In this document: positions 1-12,663 of the stretch, piece by piece
Numbering within the stretch: position 1 is the first letter of the stretch
Layout of the letters: every line of letters begins with the position of its first letter
Source of the DNA: Negaprion brevirostris
Lineage: Eukaryota
Direction of reading: 5' to 3'
Assembly: GCA_030324005.1 (NCBI GenBank)
Contig: JARDVH010000099.1
Span: 40,620,047 to 40,684,046, forward strand
DNA: 64,000 nt
The notes under the pieces: model-generated
What the model saw: the letters and a program-made list of their open reading frames with translations, nothing else
Database searches by the model: none
Told to the model about the DNA's origin: nothing
Made by a program: the position numbers and the translations under genes

Positions 1-570
1 GTGTGGGAGCGCGGGGGGGGAATCAATGCAGTAGATAGCTAGGGAATGATGTTGGTGTATGAACCAAAGACATTTCCTTTGGTCTTCCTAAACTTAGAGG
101 AAATTTTCACAACTAGTGCAAGAGGCCAAAAAAGCAGTGTGAGAAATTGGAGACAGTGGAGGGGTCAAAAGAAGTGAAATACAATTGGGTGTTACTGTAC
201 AAGTGGAATTTGGTGGCTTTAGTGGTTGTCAGGGCCGTATATCAGTGAGAAATAGTACAGGGAACCAAGGATAGACCCTTGGTGGCCTCCAGAGGTAATG
301 TGCAGGAAACGTGAGAGAAACCAATGTGGGTAATTCTCAGGTTACAGCTGGATAGTGAGGAAGCCTACTCAGCCAGACAACAGCGTGGAAGAATCATTTG
401 GCCGACGGTGACAGCTAACAGGTGCAGAAGGATGAGGAGAAGTTGTTGCATCACTGTCACTTAAGATGCTTTTATGACTGAGGAGCCATTTAATTACTGT
501 AACAGGAATTGGAGGTTCAAATGTGGATTTGTTCGAACAACAAGCACAGATTTGTAAGGCAATAGAATCA
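1..570 (-). mobile_element. Old L2-like LINE RT fragment
   Basis: The reverse complement of ~260-285 encodes PQGSILG (a non-LTR RT motif). The + strand is purine-rich, as is typical of antisense L2. Heavily decayed. Confidence 0.6.
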
Positions 571-2480
571 ATCATGCAATAAGTAATAAATGAAGATGAC
601 CTCTAAACCATATGACAAATGTATACAAATATCTGATCTGGAAATTTATCTTAAGGGAGGAAACATTTGACCTCACCTAAGTTCACTTTGAGCTAAGAGC
701 AATGGGTTACTAAACTTGATTTTAAAAAAAAATTCTATCTTTATTCCAGATTTGCAGAATTTGTTATATTTTGCTCTTATACTGATCTTGCAACTTGACT
801 TCTGCAGTAACTTGTTCTTATACTTTGGGCTTGAACTTGCTAGCAAAAAAAAACGTATGTAGGTGGTGCAGGCCATCATTCAGTGCAATTGGTCAGCAAA
901 TTAAAAGATTAAAACGATAAACTGTGAGTTGCAAAACGTCAAACTTATTGGTCAATTTACACCCACCCTCTTTTTGCATTACACAAAAAGCTTTTCACCT
1001 CTAGCCTCCCTATTATTTTGAAGAACTTGCTGGATTATCATATTACAATAATTGCCTATTAAATGTGTAAGTCCGGCAGTTAATAATGTTGGCATCTTTT
1101 AATATTATGATAATTGTTAATGCGTGCCGAACAATCTCTGGCCCAGATATTGAAGTGTTCTGTCTCATTCCTGTTCATGGTACACTTTTCTTGAAGTTCA
1201 AATGTTTATTCTTTTTATTTCTGTTTCGTTAAATTCAATCCTTCTTTCCATCTGTTTATTTCTCTATCTGTACCTGCTTTGAGTATAATTCATCCCATAA
1301 GAAAGAAAGACTTAAGTTTATATAGTGTTTTTCATGACCACTGACATCGCAAATAATTCTAGCTATGCCAACTTCCTGAGATGAAAACCATTTTCAGATT
1401 TAAGCCCTATTGAAAGGAAACCCTGAGGTACAGGCCCCAAACAGGTGCTAACTGCAGCCTGTAATTGTCAAAGGCTGGATATTGGACCACTCCTACAATA
1501 ACTTATTTGGCCGGCTGTGACTGTGGAATGGGGGAATTAAATGAGGGCCATTGCATTTTTATGGAGCCAGGAGACACCCCCAGTCTACCTGGAAGAGAAA
1601 GTTTGAGCTTTTTTGTGGAGCAGTTTCCAGCTGTCCCTTCAAGAACAATCAGACCATTCGCTAGCTGATAAAAATGAACAGTGTACACACACCTGAAGCT
1701 TTGCCCATTTCTACTTTGAAGTAGTAATTGGATGTCCTATAACCAGATCCCTAATTTACATATTTAAACAACATACACCAAAACTGATGGGTGTACTGTG
1801 TATACCCGTTTATAGGCCTAGCTGTGAATTGTAGCCGATGTTTTGATGAAAGGTCATAGACCTGAAATGTTAGCTCTGATTTTTTTTGTTCCACAGATGC
1901 CACCAGACTTGAAGAGTTTGTTTTTATATTTGCATGAATTTTATTGGGTTGGCTTTGAGAGACCATGGTTTCCCTTCCTTTTGTTTTGTTTGCCACCTAT
2001 TTTTCAGAATGAGATGAACAGCAATTACAATAACCTTCCACCCCCATCCACCTTGTGTTTTAAGTGCTCACGTATCTCACTAGTAGTTTCTAAATTTACC
2101 ACAGCACTTTTTCTGTATTATGTTTCTCGTGTAATAAACAACTCTCACATAAATTAAGACTAATTCATTTCTGTTGCACAAGTCAAATATTGAGGCTCAA
2201 TTTTGCTGACTCTTGTGACTATCTGCTCGTCTTTTGTAAATGCTGATCTGTTGTTTGCTTGTTTTAAGGTTGGCAGCATTAATATTTTCTTTTACTGTTA
2301 AGTTCAGCTGCTGGTTTAGTAATTAGCTGGATTCGTTAATAAGGAGTATCTCACTTTTTTACAATACTTTATAAAACTGTGTTTATGATATGAAAAATTG
2401 TGCACATCTTAATTTTCAGAGAACGAGCTTTAACACTTGGTGCGTATGAGAAATTTTACTAAATGCTGTGATGTTTGCAG

Positions 2481-2616
2481 GAGCTTGTAAATGAGAAATT
2501 ACATGCTCAACNNNNNNNNNNATGAGCAATGATTTGGAAAAATTGACTCATGAACTGGAAAAGATTGGGCTGAACAAGGAGCGCCTCCTTCATGATGAAC
2601 AAAGCACTGATGACAG
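2481..2616 (+). CDS. CCDC88A: Girdin (CCDC88A) internal coding exon A (contains a 10-N placeholder)
   Basis: tttgcag|GAG acceptor and GACAG|gtaaga donor. Translates ELVNEKLHAQ(Q)MSNDLEKLTHELEKIGLNKERLLHDEQSTDD, matching the Girdin coiled-coil as I recall it. In frame if the 10 Ns (2512-2521) stand for 2 nt. Confidence 0.95.
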
Positions 2617-4526
2617 GTAAGAATGATAAATTTAGAATTTAAAAGTAGATAACATTTGCATTAATGCTATAAAAAGCCTCCAACTTGAAATATGAATATA
2701 CTACCAATGACAATGAGGAGTGCACGTATGTGCCTGTATAAGTGAACACATACTGACTGTCCCAAATAATTTATATACCAGATACAAGCTTCACCTTGAA
2801 ACAACTATCATTATGTTCTTCAAATCAACTGCAATGTCTTGTGGGTAAAACATGGGGCAAATGGATATGAGTGAGTTAACAACAGTTAAGAGAAATGCTT
2901 TTTATGAAACAAAGATCACTACCCAGCACTAGAGAGGCAGGAAACTGCTGCTGCTTGAATTAAATGCTTACATGGTTCTACCTCAGGGATAAAGTGGTCT
3001 TTCTGCCACTATGGGTCCTGGGTAAAGAATGAACATTCCACAAAAGTTGTGAACTCTGCAACTTAAAATTTCATTCCACAGTTTATCAAAACCAGGGTGA
3101 TCTTATCCAAGCATTGACTTTAACATCCCGGGAGATGAATGATATACATTTCTTGTGATGGTGTGCCCCCACACAAAATGTGTGGCAGCTTAAATAATGA
3201 TTGACTATTACTCTAGAGTTGGGTGTCCAAATGAGGTTAAACCTTACTAATTTTAAATAACATCAATACCTACCTTTTCTATAAACTGCTGCTTGATTCT
3301 GACACCCATAGCTATGACTGGTTGGGGAGAATTGGGAATTGGGCACCCTGAGAATCATAGTGGGCTCAAGAGTTTGGAGGAAACTGAGATGGGGAATAGG
3401 GCTGAGGAGAGATGGACGTGAGAGTGGAACAAACAGGATTGGGATCCTGGGAGAGTTGGGGAATGGTTTTAATGCTCAGTTCGCTGCTGCTTTCACTTGG
3501 TCTGCAGAGAGGCCTTACACAACTCAGCAGTCTTTGAAATAAAATATATCAGAGAATAAAAGATTGATCAGGGAAATGGAATTGCAGAAGGGGCATCACC
3601 TGACAGACAGGGATAATGAGCTGATAGTGATGGTAAACTTACTTTTGTGGACCAAATCCATGGTGCTCTTGCACTGTGCTTGTAAAATGGGATTTTAAGA
3701 AACTGTTGCAACATGCATATCTGTATGTCTCATTAGGCATTGTGAGTATATAAAATAATTTTAAAAAAAATTTTAGAAACAGATTTTTATGTTGTGTTAT
3801 GAAAATTTTAATTACCTACTTAATATTACTGAACTGCTTAATTCCTTTTTATTTGTTCGTGTTGGGGGCCAGATTAATGTTGTAGTGTTAAAACGGGTCT
3901 TATTGACAAATAGCTTGGGAAGCACTGCCCCAAGGTGTCCCGAATTTTTATGTTTTCAGAAAAATAAGCCTACCTAATAATCTTTTAAATGCAACTCGAA
4001 TGAGACCCTGGCATTTCAGATGAAGTGAAAATGTATTCTTGAACTCATCTTTTGAGAAGTTACTCTTCATTACCTTTATTACATGTACTCACTTTTTAGA
4101 ATGTAAATATAAAACTCTCACCCCAGCTTCCATTGGTACCAAGTTGCCTTGGGTAAACATTTGTTCCCAGTGTTACGAAGCTAATCAACGTATCAAAACC
4201 CTAGTTCCATCAGCCCAGGCAAATCTATCTGTCTTCCGATTTCCATTTTTAAAATAACTTGTTTCCCTTGAAACATACACCTGCCAAAACACATTTCCAA
4301 TTATTCGATTTCTTATTTTTACCATTCTATCATGATGTCCTAACAGTAATAGATTTTAACCTAGATGTGGAAGACACAAACTGGCAAAGAATTTTGCACT
4401 GAAGCTACAAGTTAAGTTATTTTGAACACTTCAAAAAAAATATATACTTGCATATAATCTAGACTAGTGAGTATCAAAAATGGCACAACGTTTTCAGATC
4501 CACGTACTGAAGAAGTTAGTTCTTAG

Positions 4527-5215
4527 AATTGTAGATTCATTACATCACAGAAGGAGGCTGTTCAGCCAATCATATGCATGCTGGCTCTCTGGAGAAATTC
4601 AATCAGACCCATTTCCCCCCTCAGGCCCTATGGCCCTGTAAATTTATTTCCCTTACACCCAAACACTTCCCTTTTGAAATCATTCTTCGTCTTTGCTTCC
4701 ACCACCGTCAGAGGCAGCAATTTGCAGATCATTACCATTCAGTGTGTTAAAAATGGGATTCTTCACATCTCCCCCCTTTATCTCGTTCCCAAAATCTTAA
4801 ATATGTGTCCTTTAGTCCTTGCACCACCAGCTAATGGAAACAAACTTTTTTTGTCTACCTTATCTAACCCTGTCATTTTAGGCCTCCCATCAATTCCCCC
4901 CTCAATCTTTGTCCCAAGGAGAACATCACCAGCTTCTCGAATCTAACCTTGTAGCTAAAATCCCTGATCCTGAGAACCAATCTGCCTAATCTTCTCTGCA
5001 TCCTCTCAAGGACCCTCACATTTTTCCTAAAGTGTCGTAACCAAAGTTGGAAACGACACTCTAGTTATGGCCTAACCAGAGCTTTAAATAGGTTTAGCAT
5101 AATATTCCTGCATATGTACTCAATGTGTCTATGAAGCGAACAGATTCCATAGTGCTTTGCTAACTATTTTCAATATGACCTGCCACCTCCAAAAATCTGT
5201 GCACATGAACCCCCA
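4527..5215 (-). mobile_element. CR1 LINE 3' fragment
   Basis: Begins with an antisense CR1 tail (acagaaggaggctgttcagcc), followed by antisense ORF2 C-terminal sequence. Confidence 0.75.
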
Positions 5216-5358
5216 AAAATGATTTGTCTCAAGCTCAACTTTAGTACCCTTTCTGTTTTGCATTTACTGTATCTTTGCATCAGATTGTAAGTAAATTGTT
5301 CCAAACCACAGTTTAGAAAACCTCTAACTCCTTTTCTATGTCAATATCCAACTTTCAG

Positions 5359-5500
5359 CAGATATAAACTTTTGGAGTCCAAACTTGAAAGCACACTAAA
5401 AAAATCTCTTGAGATTAAAGAAGAGAAAATTGCCAGTCTTGAAGCACGTTTAGAAGAATCAACAAATTTGAACCAGCAACTACGTCAGGAATTAAAGACG
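5359..5500 (+). CDS. CCDC88A: Girdin internal coding exon B (alternative start 5362)
   Basis: ctttcag|CAG|ATAT tandem acceptor and ACG|gtgggg donor. Translates (S)RYKLLESKLESTLKKSLEIKEEKIASLEARLEESTNLNQQLRQELKT. Phase is compatible with exon A. Confidence 0.96.
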
Positions 5501-8239
5501 GTGGGGCCTCAACAAAATAAGTTTTTTTCAACTTTATTTGAAAAGAGTTAAAGCTGTTTTCACAATATGAATCTCAAAAATAATCTTGCATGCCAGCTTC
5601 ATAAACATGTGCTGAATATGTACTTACATGTAAGAAATGCCACCACTTCCTAATTACTCTACCACTCCAACTTGGACCACTGTTCCTTCATTGTTTCTTG
5701 ATCAAAATCCTTGAACTCTAACTAACAGCTCTGAGAGTACCTTCACCACCATCTTTTTTAGGCAATGAGGAATGGCAATAAATATGTGCCTTGCCCATGA
5801 TACCTATATTTCAGGAAAGAATAAAAGAGTAGTTTGCGTTATGTGCAAAACTTTGCATGCTAGATAACTGAACTTCTCAATAATACATCCTGTAATTAAA
5901 TTTAATCAACTACTGATCATCCTGGGGAAACTTCAATGGAAGCAATATTCTTGAAATCATGTACACAAACTGTAGATTTAAAAAACACATCTGTGCCTGC
6001 GGTAAGCCAGATTTTACAATTTCAACGTGGTTACAAATGAGGACAATTTAATTGAGAAATCTTCGTGTTCCTTCCACATGTCTTGTCATTTTTGCCTTTA
6101 TGATGCCAAAAAATACTGAAAATCGTATGAAACATGCATCTGCTTCAGCTTTTACTCTCCTCCCTTCCACAGAACTAAAAAGATATACGTTGAAACAGTG
6201 TATAATGGTGTACATCAAACTAAAACATTGGACATAAAGACTCAAGTCAAAGGGCAACAATTTGGAAGCCAGTTTTCCCTGCTTTTTGTAAAATGGGGAT
6301 GCCATTACCAATTTAATAGACATTTCCCATGCATGAATGGCATTTCGATACATATCCAATACCATATTTATTCAGGCAATGTTCAGATGTCCCTGGTGGT
6401 CATCTTAACCTTGTATATACTTATATGGAATGTAAAGTCTTTTTATGAACTTTGCTTCAAAATTATTTAAAAACTAGTCTGTGTTTTCTGTTTGTGTAGC
6501 CCCTTAAACAGAATTCCTTATAAGAAGTAATAATATCCTGATCTTGTTCAACAAATGCAATGAAAACCAACCCCATCCATATTTAGAAGCACTAACACCA
6601 TCAAATCAAGTAATCAAAGAATGGATTGGGTAGCTACAGTAGAAGAATGAGGAAGACATAACTTTACTAGATAATCAACATATTTCCTCATTCATTAGCT
6701 CTTAAATGCAAGTATAACACTTCCATATGCAGTGTTGCAGACTTTTTGCTCCCTCAGCAAGGTACAAGTGTCATAATAGATCCTTTTAATGGGGAGGCAG
6801 TGCAACTTTTCAGGTACGTTATTCCTGCTGAGATATCTAGCCTATTTTTGGAAAAAAAATTCAATGTTAGATCTCTGTGCCCCAGGACCCCATGCAGGCA
6901 GGAGTAGGGCTGGCGGTGTTAAGTTATCCCATGTAACCCTACAGCACTGCACATGCTCCAGTTTCCACTTTTACAGCAGATAATGTCAGCGTCAGCGAGT
7001 TTTCTGTTCTAGAGTGACAAATTTGACATTAATGTTTAAATTAGCCTCCTATCATGCTATAGGAATTGATACTGCTGCAAAGGTTTCCCGAAGTTTGGAA
7101 ATATCAGCAGTCAAACAAAGGGGAGATTGAGATTAGGGTGGAAAAGGGTGCAAGAGCCAATCTGAATAGAGATTCAATACACGCAGTTGTTTCTCAATTC
7201 CTTTTGGGAAACTATTTGACGAGCGCTTATTCAAAACTTACAATTCGAAGGACTTCACACAGACACGATATTAGGATAAGTGGTTGCCATAGTTGCTTTT
7301 CATTGGACTTTGGCCAATAAATACTACTGGCAAGGGCATACTATATAGGCAGCTGCCTTTGACCTGCAGAAAAGGGAATTGAGGTCAATAGTGCAAAATT
7401 ATACTGTCACTTCAAAAGACTAATGTGCAGAAAAAAGTACTTTAAAACATCAGACAATACAAGATCTTTTCCCATATCCTACATCACTACATTAGGTATC
7501 TGAATATACAGGTTTGGTCTAACATAACTAATGGGATTATTGGGAAAAGATCAGAAGGCATCTTTCACTAAATGGGGTCTACAATGGGGTCATGGTTTCC
7601 ATGAGGTGCAGGGTGCCATCAACAACACATACTGGGCAATCTAAACAAAGAACAATGCAGCACGGGAAACAGGCCCTTCGGCCCAACGAGCCTGTGCCGC
7701 CACCTCGACAATGTATTTTTCCTACATCTCCCTTGACCCGTGTCTATGCTTAGCATAAACCTCTCTGTCAGGTCTACCAGGAAAATTTCTCACCAAGAGG
7801 GATTGCATTCCAGTGTTTAGCTTGTGTGCAATTGCATTGAAAGGTTCATGTCGGTCTTTGTTCCCTGGGAGCTACCATGATGATTTCATTCTGCAACAAT
7901 ACAATATCCTTCGCATGTTTCAACCTGAAACTAGCCTTAAGGGTTGCTGCTGGGCAACGAAGGAAATGCCATTGAATGGCATCTATCAGTGCTATTGATA
8001 GATTGTTAGATTCAAAAGAAACCTCGACTCACCAGTAAATAGCCATGTGCTGCATCTGCGTGTCATGTCATAGTTGGAAAGACTAGAGTTGTAGAAGGCA
8101 TAAATTGCTGAGCACTCGCCATCTGATGAGGATCCTGGTTGAAAGGAAGAGAAAGCTGGGGTACCTAACGCCATTCTAGCCAGTCATAGATCTAATACTT
8201 TGTAATTACAGTTAGTCACTAATGTAGGACCAAAGTAAC

Positions 8240-9100
8240 TAGCACCACTACCACTAATTTGAGCAGTCCTATTATCAACCATCTATCCATAGCTCAGTCA
8301 CCAATTGATCTTAATCAATTCATGGTTTTTGAATCAAGATCAAGGATATTTTTCTTTTTCCTATAACTGTGGCTTTCATAGAGGTAGTGGCAGGCTAAGC
8401 CATTCCATACATTGCCAGCAAGCATCTCTGAAATCAATGATTTCTAGGTTTTGGAGCTATGAGAACCCATCAAAGACTGCTCCACCTGTCCAGTCATAGC
8501 CAGTGGGAGAGAAGTTGGCATGTCAAATGCTGGTTGAAAGTAGCCAGTAGATGCTATTGGAAACACCTCGAGAGGAGCTTGCACTTCCATCACCCCTTTC
8601 TGGGCCAGCAGCACACAATTCCTTGGATAGGGTTGGTCTCATTTGCAGTTTGTCAGATAATGAAGCAGTCCGTGACCACGTGCAGCTAAACCTGGACAAC
8701 AGTGAGGCTTGGGCACAGCATTAATGCTACTCAATGGCAGCGACTCTCTCGAACAAACGAGGAAGCTGACCACAGTATCTTAAATATTCAATGTATTAGT
8801 ATTGTTGAGGCTCCTACCAATCATTCAACATCTTGAGGGGTTGCCATTGACCAGAAACTTAATTGAATTGGTCATGTTTATAATATGGGTACCAGAGCAT
8901 GGTCAGAAGCTAGGTGATCTTTAGAGGGTACCTCCTGTTCTGACTTCCCAAAGCCTTTTCACCTAACATGGGATTGTGATGAAACACTCTCCACTGACCT
9001 GGATGAACAAAGCTGCAAAAACACACAGGCTCGTCACCATACAGGGCCAAACACCCATCCATTGCTATAAGCATCACTCCTCTCACCATTGTTGCTTTCA
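8240..9100 (+). mobile_element. Decayed CR1/L2-group LINE (same family as 28080-29375)
   Basis: Shares motifs with 28080-29375, e.g. cctggacaac..ggcttggg, ccattgaccagaaactta and ttctgacttcccaaagcc. Confidence 0.55.
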
Positions 9101-11394
9101 ACATCCCATTCCTAAAGAAAAACAGCTAATACTCTCAACCAAAATCAACACAGGATCAGGTGAGGGTAACTAATAATGTTGCTCTTAAACGTAACATGGT
9201 GATGTGGAGATCTTGTTCTGTTTCACTGCACCTTATGAATAATGATTTAACAGTGCAAATCCTTTGCTCAGCAGGACTTCTAGACTTGGGATAGTGTGGC
9301 ATCACATATGTCCCTATAAGGTCTGCCAGTATACTGAGGCCCGTTTTCTGATATGATTGTTTCAGGCGTGCTAAACAAACTGAAAATTTAACTCATTGTA
9401 TCTGTCACAAATGTACTTGAGGTGTCTTTCAATTGCCTGATAATTAGAAACTCTGAAAAGTTCATGAACTTCATGAAGTTCCATCAGACCCTTGGTCTAA
9501 AATTGCAACAGATTTACTCACTATCCATGACGATGACTTTGTCCTAGTCACTGACTACTTTTACGTGAAGGGATTAACCAACATTTAGTTTACCAGTCCT
9601 GTGAAAGATTTGGAAACTTGTATTAAGCAAACGTAAACTTGACAACAACCAGCACAATGTGGCTTCAGTATCTACAATCTATAGGATGCACTGTAGCACT
9701 CATCAAGGCTTCTTCAACAGTACCTCCCAAATATTTTTGGAAGTAAGGGTCTGGTGAGAATGAGAAACTTAAAATAGTATTCGATTGAAGTGCGCAAGGT
9801 ATGCGTTTCTGCACTAGTGCGTGACTCATGTGTCCTGTCATGGTGCACCCCAGAAAGAATGAGTTCATTCATTTTACGAACATACAAACAAAGAGCAGGA
9901 GTAGGCCATTCAGCCCCTTGAGTCTGCTCCATCATTTATTAAAATCAGTGCTGATCTGAGTAACCTCAAATCTGCATTCCACCTACTTCTGATGACCTAT
10001 CATCTCCTTGCTGATCAAGAATCCATCCACCTCTGCCTCAAAAATATTCAAAGTCTCCCTTCGGCTCCAGAGATTCTTCAAATGACAGGGCCTGCTGCTC
10101 TGTGATTGCCTGGAAAAGATTAAGGAGATGGTTATGATTTAGTCATGGAAATGTACAAGATTTAACTGGTCATGTTTCATTTAGTGCTGAACTTAAATCA
10201 AGGTAACTTAGGTTCTGATGAAAGATTACTAGACTTGAAAAATAGCCCTTTTTTTCTCTGCACAGATGCTACCAGACTTGTCAAGTTTTGCCATCAATTT
10301 CAGTTTATATTTCAAGAAGACATAGGCTTGTAGGAGATTTGTGTCAGATTAATTCAGTTACCCTGCAACATTACTAGTCACACCAACACCAATGCTAAGG
10401 AAGCGTTTTATAATTTGTAGATATTCATGGTTTTTTATCTCCAAAAGCTCTTGCATTTTGTAAATTAGATTGACAGACTGTGGGGGATTGCCTCCAGTCC
10501 TTCTCTACTGCAATACGTGTGAACAAGAGACCTATGATTATCTGTAAGACATGGCAATATCTGATGAATGGATTATGTTTGGTGAGGGTGACCATCAGGC
10601 AGATGCATTACAAAGTTCAGTGACTCTGAGCCAAATTTCCTCAAGTCACAAACAGTTGCTGCTGACATGTTTGCCTAAGGTCACAAATGTTTTCCAGGAT
10701 TTTCCACATGCTGCAAACTTGACATATCACTTGTCCTGCCATCCTTAATTGAATTATTTAATTACTTATGGTGCTTTTTATAAATTTTATTAAATAACCA
10801 TCAAGTTGAACGCTGTTTTAAACCCTAGGGAATGAATAGAACGTAATCTTTACCACCAGATTCTTAACTATTAACTTCTTTCCTTGCCATACAGTAACAA
10901 CCAATTCTAAAAAGATAGAAAAAGCAAAAGGAAGTAAACACCTCCAAACCCCCAAAGCAGAGGTGGCTAAGGTGATTGACAAATTAGATTTCAGGACAGG
11001 TCAATTGAGATGCAGTGGCAAACATTTAAGGAGATATTTCAGAACACACAATAAGTATGTTCTGTTATAATTCCAGTTGATATAACTAGACAGGAATATC
11101 TGAGAATGGAACTTGGCTCTAAAGGCCAACTGTTACTTTTCTTTAATAAAACGGGAAGGAACAGACTGAATCCTCCACTTGCCAGACCACAAGCTTGCAC
11201 TCTGATCCTTTGAGCACTCTGTTTAAATAGGCTACTTACTTTTTTTAAAAAAGTGTCAATTAAATTGCCAACTTGATCAAGGGATCAAATTTGGAAAGGA
11301 ATAGTGATGAACCAAAATAAGTATGGATTATTATGGGAAATAGAAGAACAGACCATGACATGAAAACAGTAAATCGACAGATGAGACTAGAGGT

Positions 11395-12663
11395 TATAAG
11401 GATGAAACTGAAGGCTCTGTACCTGAATGCACAAAGCATTCGAAACAAAACATGTACTGTGAGCGCATGGAAGTAAATGGTACGATTTAATGTTTGTTAC
11501 AGAGCCATGGCTGCAGAAAGACAGAGATTGGGACCTGAATATTTAAGGGGATAGGACATATAAGAAGGACAAGAATTGAGGAAAAGTTTGAGGGGGTAGC
11601 TCAGTTAGTTAATACAGAATCAACGAATCCCTACAGTGCAGAAGGAAGCCACTTAGCCTAGAAAGTCTGCACCAACCACCATCCCACCCAGGCCCTATTC
11701 TCATAGCGCCACATATGTATCCTGCTAATCCCCCTGACACTAGAGTCAATTTAGCATAGCTAATCAACCTAACCCATACATCTTTGGATTGTGGGATGAA
11801 ACCGGAGCACCTGGAGGAAACTCACGCAGACAAGGGGAGAATGTACAAACTCCACACAGTGTGACCCAAGGCCAGAATTGAACCTGAGTCCCTGGTGCTG
11901 TGAGGCGGCAGTGTTAGCCATTGTNNNNNNNNNNNNNNNNNNNNNNNNNNNNNNNNNNNNNNNNNNNNNNNNNNNNNNNNNNNNNNNNNNNNNNNNNNNN
12001 NNNNNNNNNNNNNNNNNNNNNNNNTGAACCTGAGGCCCTGGTGCTGTGAGGCGGCAGTGTTAGCCATTGTGCTGCCCCAATGCCACCAATGGTATTAGTA
12101 CAATAGAGGGATGGTCTAAGTTCAGAAAACCAGGATGTGGCTATTATTTGGGTAGAGATGAGAAGTAGTAAAGGCGAAAAGTCACTTGTGGGAGGCCCCA
12201 TAATAGCAACCACATGGTAGGATGGAGCATAAAGGAAAAAATAATGGGAGATTCTCAGGCACAGTGATAATCATGGGAAATTTTAATCTGCATGCAGTCT
12301 GGAAAAGTCAGATGAGCAAATGTAGCCTAGATGAGTTCATAGAATGTTTTTGGGATAGTTTCTTAGAGCAGCACGTTATTGAACCAACTAGAGAGCAAAC
12401 TATACGAGACCTGATATCGTGAAATGAATTGGGAATGATTAGTGATGGCACCCTAGGTAGCAGCAACCATATTATGATTGAATTTTACATTCAGTTCGAG
12501 GGAGAGCTCAGTGATGTAAAACTATGTTTCTAAATTTAAATAAGGGCAATCACGAAAGCAGAGGTGGCTAAGGTGATTGACCTGTGCTGAAACCTAATTT
12601 GTCAATAGAGATGCAGTGGCAAACATTTAAGGAGATATTTCAAAACACACAATAAGTACATTC
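11395..12663 (+). mobile_element. CR1 ORF2 endonuclease region (interrupted by a SINE, truncated by an LTR element)
   Basis: APE-type motifs LKALYLNAQSIRNK, IIMGNFNLH, FLEQHVIEPTRE and LGSSNHIMIEF. Confidence 0.8.
11614..12078 (-). mobile_element. tRNA-derived SINE, HE1-like (V-SINE), with CR1-type tail
   Basis: Antisense tRNA-like head with A/B boxes, central aaaccggagcacctggaggaaac domain, and tail gaatccctacagtgcagaagg. It spans a 100-N gap with duplicated flanks. Confidence 0.8.

Noticed and set aside
11879-12070. Apparent tandem duplication of the SINE head on both sides of a 100-N gap
   Set aside because: Near-identical 46-mers directly flank the gap, typical of an unmerged contig overlap.
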